Shown here: piece after piece, positions 29,628-39,333 of the stretch
Layout of the letters: each line of letters starts with the position of its first letter
Numbering within the stretch: the stretch's first letter is position 1
Assembly (NCBI GenBank): GCA_965213625.1
Contig: CBDBZU010000004.1
Coordinates: 3,488,001 to 3,552,000 of the forward strand
DNA: 64,000 nucleotides
Direction of reading: 5' to 3'
From: a bacterium
GTDB taxonomy: Bacteria; UBA8248
Position numbers and translations under genes: made by a program
The notes under the pieces: generated by a model
What the model was told of the DNA's origin: nothing
The model's input: the letters and a program-made list of their open reading frames with translations, nothing else
Databases searched by the model: none

Positions 29628-32600
29628 ATGCCCCGTGCATTTGCTCTGCGTTGCGCCCGGAACAAAGCGATGCGCTCGAAAGAAATAATGGTAATGAACA
29701 AAAAGGCGGATACCGGATCTCAAGGAAGTGGCGAGAAGGAGACACGGTCCCTGGAGGTCTCGGAAACGGCATTACGTTTCAGGGTCGAACGAAGAGGCCT
29801 GGCGTCGCTCTTGTACGCGATCCTGCGGCCTAAAGACGCCAAGGCGGCTTTCGTGAATGTGAACTCCCTGAACCTGATGCATGGGTCCGGATACACGGAA
29901 ATTCCAATCGAGGACATCTCGTCGGTTCAGGTCGAAACCGGACAGTACTGGAGCCGCATACACTTTTATCACACCGCAGGAATCGCTACCGTGTCGGGAC
30001 TGTCGCGGGACGGCTCCAGGGAGTTCACCGAAGTGCTTGAGAACGCCAGGATATCTTATTGGCGCCGGACACTGGAGACGGAGGTCGCGGAGCTCCGTCG
30101 ATACTTGAATACTCTGGAGCACATGGCGAATCCGCCGGAGCACATGGCGAGCGTTTTCCTTAAGTTGAGACGCGATACGGAAAAGGCGGTGAACCAATTC
30201 GCGGAGCGCTGGCCGAAGTCATTGCCGAGTGCCCCGGAAACCCAGCTACTGAAGAAGGTAGAATACTTTCTGGAAGACCCGGAGCTTTTAAAGGCGGAAG
30301 AAACCGCCAGGGTTCACTGGTGGCGCCAGAAGTTGGCGACGGAGATCGAAACGCTCCATTCGGTGCATAAGCGCATGAAGCAGCTCGCAAGTCCCTCAGA
30401 GTACCAAGCGATCAGCATATTCCGCGATCTGAGACAAGATGCAGAGAAAGCGGTGAAGCAATTTGTGGAACGTTGGCCGAAGTCGTTGCCAAATGCCCCG
30501 GATTTCCAGGTACTGAAGTCGATACAGGAATTTCTAGAAGACCCGGGGCGTCTGCGGGCGGAAGTGAACAACACCTTCGTCGAGAGAGAATTAAAGAGGT
30601 CACGAAGATTCTTCGACCGGATTGAGGCCCGGCCGCTTACCGAAGAGCAGCGCCGGGCGATCGTGGTGGATGAGGACCGGAACCTGGTAGTCGCTGCGGC
30701 CGGCAGCGGCAAGACCTCGGTGATCGTTGCCAAGGCCGGCTGGCTTCTCCACAGGAAGTACCTGTACGCGTCGGAATTGCTGCTCCTGGCGTTTGCGAAA
30801 GACGCCCAGAAAGAAATGGAAGAAAGGGTTCGAAAGCGTCTCGGAAATGAAGTTGCTGACGGGATGACCGTCAGGACTTTCCACAGTCTGGGCATGGCGA
30901 TCATAGGTGAGGCCGAAGGCAGGCGACCTGCATTGGCCAAGGAGGCAGAAAACGAAAACGCACTGTTCAATCTGCTCAAGGACATCGTCAACGAACTGAC
31001 AGAAGAACGAAAGTTCTTTGCTTCTTTGCTTAAGTGGTTTCAGTCACAGTTCGCACTCTACCGGAGTGAGCATGAATTCAGTTGTTGGGGTGAATATTGG
31101 GAATATATCCGGCGGCACGAAATAATATCGCTCAAGGGCGAGAGGGTCCGGAGCTACGAGGAATGCGAGATCGCCAACTTTCTCTATCTAAACGGCGTGC
31201 CCTACGAATACGAACGCATTTATGAGCATGAGACCGCCACGCCCGAAAAGGGCCCATACAAACCGGATTTCTATCTGAACGAAGCCGGACTCTACATCGA
31301 GCACTTCGGACTGGACATTTTGGGAAATACCGCGCCGCACGTCCCGAGGATAAAATATAAGGAAGAGATGGAGTGGAAACGTCGGACACATGCCGAATAC
31401 GGAACCACCCTGATTGAAACTTTCAGCCATGAGCATACCGCCGGCAAATTGACCGAGAACCTGGCCGAGAAATTGCGCGCTCGTGGTGTAAACCTGTCTC
31501 CCATACCCCGTGAAGAGTTCTTCACTGTGCTGAACGGGGAGAAACGGATTGACCCGTTCATTCGCCTGCTGGCGACCTTTCTCAAGCATTTCAAAGGCGC
31601 GAGGCTTACTTTTCCTGAAGTGGCCCGACAGGCCGCAGATCACAGGGCTCCTCTGCGGGCCGAAATCTTCCTCGCCTTGTTCCGGCCGGTCTTTGGGCGC
31701 TACGAGGAAAAACTCTCCGGCTCGGGGCAGATCGATTTTCACGACATGATCTCCAGGGCGACCGACCATATCGAGGCCGGACGCTATCAGAGCCCATTCG
31801 CATGTATCCTCGTCGACGAGTTCCAGGACATTTCGCCGGGCCGGGCGAGATTGCTCAAGGCGCTCCTGGAGAAGTCGCCGGGCGCCCGGCTGTTCGCCGT
31901 CGGTGACGACTGGCAGGCGATATACCGCTTCGCCGGCTCTGACATCGGGATCATGCGGAAATTCAAAGAGCATTTTGGTGACTACGAACGTATGGATCTG
32001 GGAACAACTTTTCGATGTGACGACCGCATCGCCTCGGTCTCTACCGAATTCATCCTGCGCAACCCTGCGCAGATTTCAAAGACGGTTGCTTCACCGCATC
32101 GGGCGGATAGCCCTTGTGTCCATGTCGGTCTTCCCAGTGAGCAGCGGCTTTCCCAGTTAAACGAGACGCTCGACAGAATTGCCGAAGAGGCCAGTGGTTT
32201 CGAGGGGAAATCGAGCGTGCTATTGCTCGGCCGCTACAATCACACGCGACCGAAAAACTTGTCCACACTCACCAAAAAGTACCCCGGTCTCTCGATTTCC
32301 TATAAGACTGCACACCGATCCAAGGGTCTCGAGGCGGATTATGTCGTGGTGCTCGGCCTGTGTGCAGGAAAGCACGGTTTTCCATCCGAAAACGACGACG
32401 ACGCGCTGTTCGATCTGGTCCTCGCGGCGCCCGAAGACTATCCAAACGCGGAGGAGCGGCGTCTGTTCTACGTCGCCCTTACCCGTGCGAGGCGCCGCGT
32501 ATTTCTACTTGCCGAGGGTGGTCCGATTTCTCCCTTCGTAACGGAACTGCTCGAGGGCCGATACGAGGTCACCGTCTTCGGTCGTGCGCCGGAAGACGAC

Positions 32601-32912
32601 GTTCACTGTCCCGTATGCATCAAGGGGCGTCTTGTGCACCGCGTAAGAAAAAGGAACGGCGGTGATTTCTATGGTTGTTCGAACTTCCCTTATTGCGAAC
32701 ATACGCAGAGTCCTTGTCCGGTTTGCGGGAAGGGATTGCTCGTCAAGGAAGGCAAAGCATTCCGCTGCCGAGATTGCGATCAATCCATTGAGGCCTGCCC
32801 CGATTGCGGAGGCTGGCTGCAGATGAAGACCGGTCAATATGGTCGTTTTTGGGGATGTTCGAATTATCCCTCGTGCACACTCACCCGCGACTATGGAGAA
32901 GATCGCAAATGA
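29628..32912 (+). CDS. Second HelD-like UvrD helicase with nuclease-like insert and zinc ribbons (start may be 29670-29694)
   Basis: Same motifs as 5833-8835 with long identical stretches such as FDRIEARPLTEEQRRA and NLVVAAAGSGKTSVIVAK. Confidence 0.88.
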   Translation: MPRAFALRCARNKAMRSKEIMVMNKKADTGSQGSGEKETRSLEVSETALRFRVERRGLASLLYAILRPKDAKAAFVNVNSLNLMHGSGYTEIPIEDISSVQVETGQYWSRIHFYHTAGIATVSGLSRDGSREFTEVLENARISYWRRTLETEVAELRRYLNTLEHMANPPEHMASVFLKLRRDTEKAVNQFAERWPKSLPSAPETQLLKKVEYFLEDPELLKAEETARVHWWRQKLATEIETLHSVHKRMKQLASPSEYQAISIFRDLRQDAEKAVKQFVERWPKSLPNAPDFQVLKSIQEFLEDPGRLRAEVNNTFVERELKRSRRFFDRIEARPLTEEQRRAIVVDEDRNLVVAAAGSGKTSVIVAKAGWLLHRKYLYASELLLLAFAKDAQKEMEERVRKRLGNEVADGMTVRTFHSLGMAIIGEAEGRRPALAKEAENENALFNLLKDIVNELTEERKFFASLLKWFQSQFALYRSEHEFSCWGEYWEYIRRHEIISLKGERVRSYEECEIANFLYLNGVPYEYERIYEHETATPEKGPYKPDFYLNEAGLYIEHFGLDILGNTAPHVPRIKYKEEMEWKRRTHAEYGTTLIETFSHEHTAGKLTENLAEKLRARGVNLSPIPREEFFTVLNGEKRIDPFIRLLATFLKHFKGARLTFPEVARQAADHRAPLRAEIFLALFRPVFGRYEEKLSGSGQIDFHDMISRATDHIEAGRYQSPFACILVDEFQDISPGRARLLKALLEKSPGARLFAVGDDWQAIYRFAGSDIGIMRKFKEHFGDYERMDLGTTFRCDDRIASVSTEFILRNPAQISKTVASPHRADSPCVHVGLPSEQRLSQLNETLDRIAEEASGFEGKSSVLLLGRYNHTRPKNLSTLTKKYPGLSISYKTAHRSKGLEADYVVVLGLCAGKHGFPSENDDDALFDLVLAAPEDYPNAEERRLFYVALTRARRRVFLLAEGGPISPFVTELLEGRYEVTVFGRAPEDDVHCPVCIKGRLVHRVRKRNGGDFYGCSNFPYCEHTQSPCPVCGKGLLVKEGKAFRCRDCDQSIEACPDCGGWLQMKTGQYGRFWGCSNYPSCTLTRDYGEDRK

Positions 32913-33235
32913 GCAGGACATCAACCCGGACAATCGACTTCAGGAGGAGAACGAGAAATCAATGGGACGGAATCTTTTAAATTTGCGGGATGGGTCTCCA
33001 TAATGAGTTTATGCTATCCATTTTACAGCGTTAGCTTGGAGTTGACCTAAGGTGACGGGAAATTTGGCTACCCTTGCCGTGTTCACCGTTTTTCTCTTTG
33101 GAGATTCTGCGCTCATTGTATGAAGTTCGACGGGCTTTCAGAGGGCCAGAAATTTCGCCAGTCTTTGATATCTTAATTTTTTTTTACGCTTGAAAACGGT
33201 CACAGAAGTTCATTACGCAAGGCAATCGCTCCACA

Positions 33236-33670
33236 TCATGGGTTGTCTTCGAGTTGGTCCGGTTCATATGGCGGGTTGAAAATCTCGTAGACCGTTTTCC
33301 ATGGCGCTATGGATGGCGGAACTTTGCAGTTTTCCCGGAATGCCTGATCGCGTAGTTGCCGGTTTTTCTCCTGAAGTCTGTTGAATTCTTCAAGCGTGCC
33401 AGCATCCCATCCGCTCATGCTGAGCCCGACCACACCAAAGATGAGAAATACCACCCCAAGTTGTATTGCTTCACCTGCATTTGTGCCTTCTTCATCGGAC
33501 CTGTTCCTTTTCCGGAACGCGGTGAAATCCTGTTCGTTCGCCTCGATGAGCGTTTCGAGTTTGATACAAGAGAGCGTTTTCGGGGGTTCGGCAGAGATAC
33601 TCGCGGGCAGGCCGAAACCATGGAGCGCCAGAGCGAACGCCATGATGCAGCGGATCGTTTTTCTCATCAT
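33236..33670 (-). CDS. Hypothetical exported/membrane protein
   Basis: Signal-like N-terminus, internal hydrophobic helix; start overlaps the upstream stop. Confidence 0.55.
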   Translation of the reverse strand: MMRKTIRCIMAFALALHGFGLPASISAEPPKTLSCIKLETLIEANEQDFTAFRKRNRSDEEGTNAGEAIQLGVVFLIFGVVGLSMSGWDAGTLEEFNRLQEKNRQLRDQAFRENCKVPPSIAPWKTVYEIFNPPYEPDQLEDNP

Positions 33671-35055
33671 CGGTTACCCCCGAATGCGCCTGTGAGGTCC
33701 CGGCGCCTGAGAACGCCACCCATTCCCTCATGGTTTCTGCCGAAAAATGCGCCGGTGATGTCACCTTCGTCCTTGCTCTCGTGTCCCCAGTTGTGGAAGG
33801 TGTTGCTCAAGATGTGGACGGTATATTCAAGGTCCCCGTCTCCCCAGGTTTGGGTATTGCCGTATTCAAGATCAGTGAAGAAAAGCTCCCCCGAAGAGAG
33901 ATCGGCGAGTCTCACGTCGAGGCGGGCGGCGCCGGTCACCTTCCGCCCCGACGACGCGAAGCCCAGAAGCGATCCCTCCCACGTGGCTGATTCCTTCAGG
34001 AGGCGGTTGTCGCTCAGGTTCCCGGCCGGTTTCGGGCCGTGAACCCATGGGTGAGCCATGCCGTTTCTCTTGGAGACGCCGAAGGAGACCGTGTCTCCTG
34101 CCACGTCGAACTCTCCCCGAAGATGGGAAGAGACGCTTTCCCATGGACCGAGGTTTTCAGCGGTGATTTCACTTTCAGGCGTGCCCGGTTCGAATCTGGC
34201 GTAGGCCGCGAGTACCGCATCCTTGTCGATCTCCATCAGCAACAATGTTCCCAGAAGCGGGATAAGGGCGTTGGTTTGCGCGTTCATGATGGAGAGCGGG
34301 AAGCGATCCGCGTCCGAGTGTCCCCACATTCCAAGTGCGTGCAGCAGTTCGTGTACGATGACGGGTATAAATATCTCGTGGTTTTCTCCCGTGTCGATCA
34401 GAATTTGCGACGAATGGGCCTTATGATTCCGGGTCGAGCCATGCGCAGTTCCCAGGGTCGACGGCGATGAGAAATATCTTATCGGCCATTCGTTTTGAGG
34501 AAGGAACTCGATATGGATATTTCCGAACGGCACGTCTCTGGCGTCTCTTGTTTTCGGGGCATTAGACTCTCCGAAGACGATCTGCTTGTTGTAGGGTAAG
34601 ATTGAGTTGACGATTCGCACCGCGTGTATTGTGGCCGTGGTGAACTTCTCATCAGTTCCTTCTGCGACACTCACCGTCGGGGGATTCTCGAACGTGGCGA
34701 GATATCCCGCATCTGTGGTCATCTCCCGCATATAGGTGACGATGTCGGCGGCGCTTTCTCCGTCGGCAACTCGGCCTTCATAAAACCGTATGCCGCTTTC
34801 CGTGCTGGTGTACCGGAGGTTTTCAGCAGGCGCACCGAAGCTCGCTCCGATGTGATGTATGGCTCCCAAACCCCAAACGTCCCATATCGGGGCCGGTGGG
34901 TTTTGCGAAGTGTGAGTTGACGGTGGCATCGGTGCAGGTTCCGGGGCCGAGACTCTTGCGGCGCCGCCTTCCCCTCCGCAGGCGGCTGCCAGGAACACCA
35001 GGAATATCAGGATGAAAACGTAGGGTGTTGATATCAGCTTTTTCATATTCTTCAT
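33667..35055 (-). CDS. Lipoprotein with HExxH zinc-metallopeptidase motif and TbpB-like C-terminal barrel
   Basis: Lipobox LAAAC; VHELLHALGMWGH followed by SIM Met-turn; C-terminal ATWEG...GAFFGRNHEGMGG...GAFGG. Confidence 0.75.
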   Translation of the reverse strand: MKNMKKLISTPYVFILIFLVFLAAACGGEGGAARVSAPEPAPMPPSTHTSQNPPAPIWDVWGLGAIHHIGASFGAPAENLRYTSTESGIRFYEGRVADGESAADIVTYMREMTTDAGYLATFENPPTVSVAEGTDEKFTTATIHAVRIVNSILPYNKQIVFGESNAPKTRDARDVPFGNIHIEFLPQNEWPIRYFSSPSTLGTAHGSTRNHKAHSSQILIDTGENHEIFIPVIVHELLHALGMWGHSDADRFPLSIMNAQTNALIPLLGTLLLMEIDKDAVLAAYARFEPGTPESEITAENLGPWESVSSHLRGEFDVAGDTVSFGVSKRNGMAHPWVHGPKPAGNLSDNRLLKESATWEGSLLGFASSGRKVTGAARLDVRLADLSSGELFFTDLEYGNTQTWGDGDLEYTVHILSNTFHNWGHESKDEGDITGAFFGRNHEGMGGVLRRRDLTGAFGGNR

Positions 35056-35558
35056 TTCAGATGGAATATCTCCACTATTAATGCCTGGTATTTTCTCAAA
35101 GCAACTACTCCGGGTTCGCTATATACCGGCTCTTGTACATTTATCAGTTCTGGAAGATCGTTTTCCCGTTTCACCGAAGCTCCCTTAAGCGGGGCAATAG
35201 CCTCAATGAGTTCCTTGAACTCTGGATGTCCATATTGAACTGTTAACGATAGATGGTGAGTACTCTTTATCTCACTTGTTGGCGGGGCGGAAATATTTTC
35301 TCGGGTTCTTTGCAGAAATCATTCGACGAATACTGCGGTTGCTTGCGGTTCACGTTGTGAAAAGTATATATAACGATAATCTAACCGAATCAACTCCGGA
35401 TGGGCTATACAAGATTCTTGAGTCGGGAACTGTCCGATTATCCATACAATGACCACGACTTTCTCTCCTCGCCTGGTGGTATCGGTTCCCACTCCCCATT
35501 GAAGAATCGATTCACCGGGCGGGAGAGATTGTCGTGGCTTTGAGCCAGCAGATTCCGC

Positions 35559-35795
35559 TTATACCTCCCCCGACATCGCCCGCGCGATCAGGCCTCCGAC
35601 CTTCTCCGCGGCCTCAATGAGATGGTCATCTGCAAGATGCGCATATCCCGCCGTGGTCCGGCACCGCCTGTGCCGAGGAGTTTTCCGACAAGCGGCAGGT
35701 TTTCGCCCGACATGACGTCGAGGCTGGCCATGGTGTGGCGGAGATCACGGAGCCGCTATCTACCCAGCCCCGCATCCTCGCACACCGCCTGTCAG
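35559..35795 (-). pseudogene. Integrase C-terminal remnant
   Basis: Minus strand reads AGLGR*RLRDLRHTMAS...GENLPLVGKLLG then, after a frameshift, TTAGYAHLADDHLIEAAEKVG. Confidence 0.75.
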
Positions 35796-35939
35796 CAAAG
35801 CCGAAGCGCGTCCCTGTCTCCATTCCTCGGCTTAGGACGGAAACAGGAAGCTCTCCGGTAAGCGATGGAGTGGACGTGCCCTCCCGGCGCCATCACACTA
35901 GGGCGAGTTGACATGGTCTGCCTCCCTGCGGGAGGAGCG

Positions 35940-36000
35940 AGATGGGCCAGTAACTGCTGCTGTGATGAGGGCGGAGCGGTATCCATCCAGAAGTGTAATA
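35940..36000 (-). pseudogene. Fragment resembling the C-terminus of a type I R-M specificity subunit (HsdS)
   Basis: ITLLDGYRSALITAAVTG matches the typical HsdS ending LLxExRxALITAAVTG; very short. Confidence 0.5.
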
Positions 36001-36235
36001 CTCACGGAACTCACTCGAGTGCGTCCGCGCTCTGGTGGATTATATCGAAATACCCTAATCGCTCGCGGCCTTCGGCGCCAAGGAGGAATATCTCGATCGC
36101 ATGGCGCACGAGGCGACCACCAGCGCCACAGTGGCGACGAATCCCGTGCCCGCCGATGCCGAGGATATGTAGCGAATTTATCTGGAGTTGATGTAATGGT
36201 ATAAGAAGAAACAACTAAGCTATTTATTTTATTAA

Positions 36236-37684
36236 GAGCTTCTTGCAAAAACCTCAAGGAGGATTGTGAGATATTGCGCAGGAGGCCAAGTGGGCTTGAG
36301 GAACGCAGCATGTGTTTGGAGAATTGGGCGTTTCGCGGTGAGCGGTAGGAGCGGAGGCCAGAGAACAGGCGAACCGGGTTCGTCCGGGCAGGCTTCATCG
36401 CGCCGCTCAGGCTATGTGACGGGATGCGAGGTCGTTCCATGGGGCCGGTGCGGGTTCAGAGCGTCAGGCGCATGAGCTGATCGAGGGTGAGGGCGAGGAC
36501 GCCGAACATCAGGTGGCAGAAGACCTTCTCATGGCCCCGCACGCGGACGTGGCGCCCGCCATAGGAATCCTTGATTCGGCTGTTCACACGTTCGACTGTG
36601 GAGCGTTCGTTGTAGCGCACTCTTCGGGGGTCGCTGTATCCGGCGCAGCGCCGGGCGCGAGCCTCCCTGGCACGTTCCTTCTTACGCTCCTTGTCCCGGT
36701 GGGTGTTGACGTCGATGATCGGAACATGACCTGAGAGGTAGCTGTGCCGGCCGATCTCTTTGCTGTCGCAGGCCGCATCCATCAGTTCATAGAGGTATGT
36801 CACCCGTTCCGTGCTCAGGGTCGCTAGGGGGATGGCCGCCTGGCTGTCATGCAAGGAGGCCGAGGTCAACAGGCAGCTGATGGGGACCCCGGAGTCGGCG
36901 GCGTCCACATGCAGCTTGTAACCCCTCCAGGTCTCAAGAAAACCCTTCGCGTTTTTCCTCACGCCAACCGTCGGGGCCGTCGGCAACTCATCCAGCATCG
37001 TGTCGCGGTCCATGCGCAACTGCCGCTGCAGCCGGCTCGGCCGTTTCGCCTTCTCGTCTTTGGGTTCGGGCTTCTCACGAGCGTCAATAGCGGTCGAATC
37101 GCGTGAGATGTGACCGACAATCGTCTCCTCAAACGCCGCCTTGACCACGGCCTCGTGCATCCGCTCGGGCAGCCTGCTCCGCGCGAACTCTCCAAAGGCG
37201 CGCGAAAACGTCGATTCGCTCGGTATCTCGCCCACACGCGACCAGCCACACAGACGCCGCAGCACAGGGTCACACGCGACGCGGTCCATCAAGTCCCGCG
37301 TGGTCGGAAAGTCCCATACGGCCTTGGCGATGAACGCGCGCGCCAGCGCCCCACGGTCTTCTGCCGGACGACCGCTCCCGCCGCTACGCACACCGACGAA
37401 GCCCTCCACCGCAACCACGTCGAGAACGGCTACCAGCCGCCTGTGCTTCGTTTGCAGTTCGCCGACCTCTTCGGCCAGCCTGGGAAACAATCCACCTTGA
37501 AACCGCTTCCAGATGTCGGTTAAACTCGATACCAAGGACATGGGGCGTTCCCTCCGCTTCAGGATGTTGTAGGGCTCATAACCACAACATAGCAGGGAAC
37601 GCCCCCTTGTCCACTTGAATCCCTCCAACCTTCACTCAACCTCGAAACTTATCCCCTGCTCCAATGGGGTTTTGCAAAAGGCCC
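36236..37684 (-). mobile_element. IS5/IS1182-like insertion sequence, copy 1
   Basis: Imperfect terminal IRs GAGCTTCTTGCAAAAACC (36236) and reverse complement GGGCCTTTTGCAAAACCCC (37684); near-identical copy at 53041-57355. Confidence 0.9.
36456..37541 (-). CDS. DDE transposase (IS5/IS1182-like)
   Basis: PSESTFSRAF, RDSTAI, GYKLH, MDAACD (copy 2 has DAAYD), RSTVERVNSRIK; GGAGG SD before ATG 37541. Confidence 0.9.
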   Translation of the reverse strand: MSLVSSLTDIWKRFQGGLFPRLAEEVGELQTKHRRLVAVLDVVAVEGFVGVRSGGSGRPAEDRGALARAFIAKAVWDFPTTRDLMDRVACDPVLRRLCGWSRVGEIPSESTFSRAFGEFARSRLPERMHEAVVKAAFEETIVGHISRDSTAIDAREKPEPKDEKAKRPSRLQRQLRMDRDTMLDELPTAPTVGVRKNAKGFLETWRGYKLHVDAADSGVPISCLLTSASLHDSQAAIPLATLSTERVTYLYELMDAACDSKEIGRHSYLSGHVPIIDVNTHRDKERKKERAREARARRCAGYSDPRRVRYNERSTVERVNSRIKDSYGGRHVRVRGHEKVFCHLMFGVLALTLDQLMRLTL

Positions 37685-37741
37685 TATAGTAATATCAATA
37701 TTTTATATGCAAAAAATAATCTAAATTATGAACAAAATAAA

Positions 37742-37771
37742 TTGACATTGTGAATTCCAAAAGAATAAAAT
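37742..37771 (+). promoter_or_regulatory. Sigma70-type promoter for the RiPP precursor
   Basis: TTGACA-18 nt-TAAAAT with AT-rich upstream sequence, 60 nt before the ATG. Confidence 0.55.
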
Positions 37772-37830
37772 GAGAATTGAAGCCTAATTAGTTTGGTTGT
37801 GAGCATCTAACAATTTAAAGGGGTATAGTA

Positions 37831-38082
37831 ATGAGAAGCGGCGATGAAATGTTGAAGCAGATTGTAGATAAGTCCGCCCTGGACGCGGATTTCAGGCAAC
37901 AGTTGCTCGCAGACCCGAAGTCGACCATCAGTCAGGAATTGGGTATTACGATCCCCGATTCGATGAATATCATGGTCCATGAGAGCGACATGCAGACGGT
38001 GCATCTGGCGTTGCCCCCTGATCCGAATATCACCGAGGAGCAACTCGAAGCCATCTCGGCCGGTCTCTGCTGCTGCTGGTAA
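37831..38082 (+). CDS. srpE: NHLP (proteusin) RiPP precursor, core LCCCW
   Basis: Nitrile-hydratase-like leader (DADFRQQLLADPK, VHE...HLALPP), cleavage motif ITEEQLEAISAG, core LCCCW as recalled for the sponge-microbiome srp precursor. Confidence 0.92.
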   Translation: MRSGDEMLKQIVDKSALDADFRQQLLADPKSTISQELGITIPDSMNIMVHESDMQTVHLALPPDPNITEEQLEAISAGLCCCW

Positions 38083-38140
38083 ACCCGACAGCCCGAGATT
38101 AGCGGGGTCAAAGACGCGGAACAATTTGGACCCGCATAGT

Positions 38141-38190
38141 GCAAACAAAAACAACTCCTCGTCCCTACCGGGGCGAGGGTTTGTTTATGC
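38141..38190. terminator. Hairpin between convergent genes, possible bidirectional terminator
   Basis: A-rich run, CTCGTCCC-TACC-GGGGCGAG stem, then GGTTTGTTT. Confidence 0.45.
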
Positions 38191-38205
38191 CCGCTTGAGA
38201 CCGGA

Positions 38206-39324
38206 TTATGTGGAGACCGCTCCGGAAAGCACCATGTAAACATAGGCCTTGGCTTGCCTGAGCCGATTTCCGGAAATGACCAGTTTTATGTGGTGAATGC
38301 CGCGCAACATGAGAAACTGCCCGGTCCTGGCGAACAGAGTCGTCGGTTTCGAAACCCAATCGGCAAGCGCCTCAATCTTTTCCGGAACGACAAAGTCCTC
38401 ATGGCTCAGGGCGTCGAGAAAGGGGTCCCAATCGGTCAGGCCGTCGAGCCAGTAACGTGAATCTTTCGTATATCTCTGCTTGACGATGAGCGTCAGGCCG
38501 AGCGTCGGACCGACACCGTCCGCCTGCACGTCAACATTCGCTCCGGTTCTCACAATATCCGCGCGTTCCTTGAAGCGTGAAATCAAAGCGTCTACGGCCG
38601 AGAGCCGACCCGGCCAGCCAATGTTCTCGAGATAGGAACAAATATCCCCCTGTGATTTGAAGCCCATGATCGCCAGGCGGATTGTGCGTTCGCGAGAGGG
38701 GAATATCCCGAAAGAATCCAGGCGCGTGTCTTCCGGCTGCGCCAGGTAAACCCGTTCGGCGTTTTTCCGTTCAGCGGCTATCTTTTCCCAGCCGACGCAG
38801 GAAACGAGGGCGTCAACCACGACTCCGACATCGGTCTGGAGGCCGTCGCCACCGGATAACGTGCGTTCGTTGGGCCGCAGGAACATTCCCGGCAGCGAAT
38901 CTTTACTTCCCGGCGCCGAATCTATGTCATATTCCAGCATCAATTTACGTCCCACAATCTCTCGCAGAGGCGAGTCCTGGGCTTCCATTTCCCTGAACAG
39001 CCGCCTGACCGCTCTCGCAGTTTTATCCGCCTCGTCGGTCCGCGCCCGCTCCTCGAAAAAATCGCCTGACCGGTTTCCGCTCGCCAGCGAGACGCCGAAA
39101 TCCGCCGCCGGCCGACTGTCATGCAGAGGCAGTTCGAAGCCGAACGGCTGGGCGCCCATGGTAATGGGAAGTCGGCTCGCACGTTCCAGTATGCGCCCCC
39201 ACTCCCGCTCTCCGATAAGAGTCGGAGAAATTCTGCTTCGAAATTGCCCGAGCAATTCAGCCATGGTGCCGCCTTCTTGGACGAGGCGGTCCTGGGTAAG
39301 CGCGACTGCTTCGTCGATATCCAT
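38206..39324 (-). CDS. Uncharacterised RiPP-cluster protein, possibly prenyltransferase-fold
   Basis: AAGGAGG SD, 9 nt after the YcaO stop; motifs FGFELPL..ADFG, LEYD, HHIKL..AKAY. The fold is inferred. Confidence 0.6.
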   Translation of the reverse strand: MDIDEAVALTQDRLVQEGGTMAELLGQFRSRISPTLIGEREWGRILERASRLPITMGAQPFGFELPLHDSRPAADFGVSLASGNRSGDFFEERARTDEADKTARAVRRLFREMEAQDSPLREIVGRKLMLEYDIDSAPGSKDSLPGMFLRPNERTLSGGDGLQTDVGVVVDALVSCVGWEKIAAERKNAERVYLAQPEDTRLDSFGIFPSRERTIRLAIMGFKSQGDICSYLENIGWPGRLSAVDALISRFKERADIVRTGANVDVQADGVGPTLGLTLIVKQRYTKDSRYWLDGLTDWDPFLDALSHEDFVVPEKIEALADWVSKPTTLFARTGQFLMLRGIHHIKLVISGNRLRQAKAYVYMVLSGAVST

Positions 39325-39333
39325 ATTGCCTCC

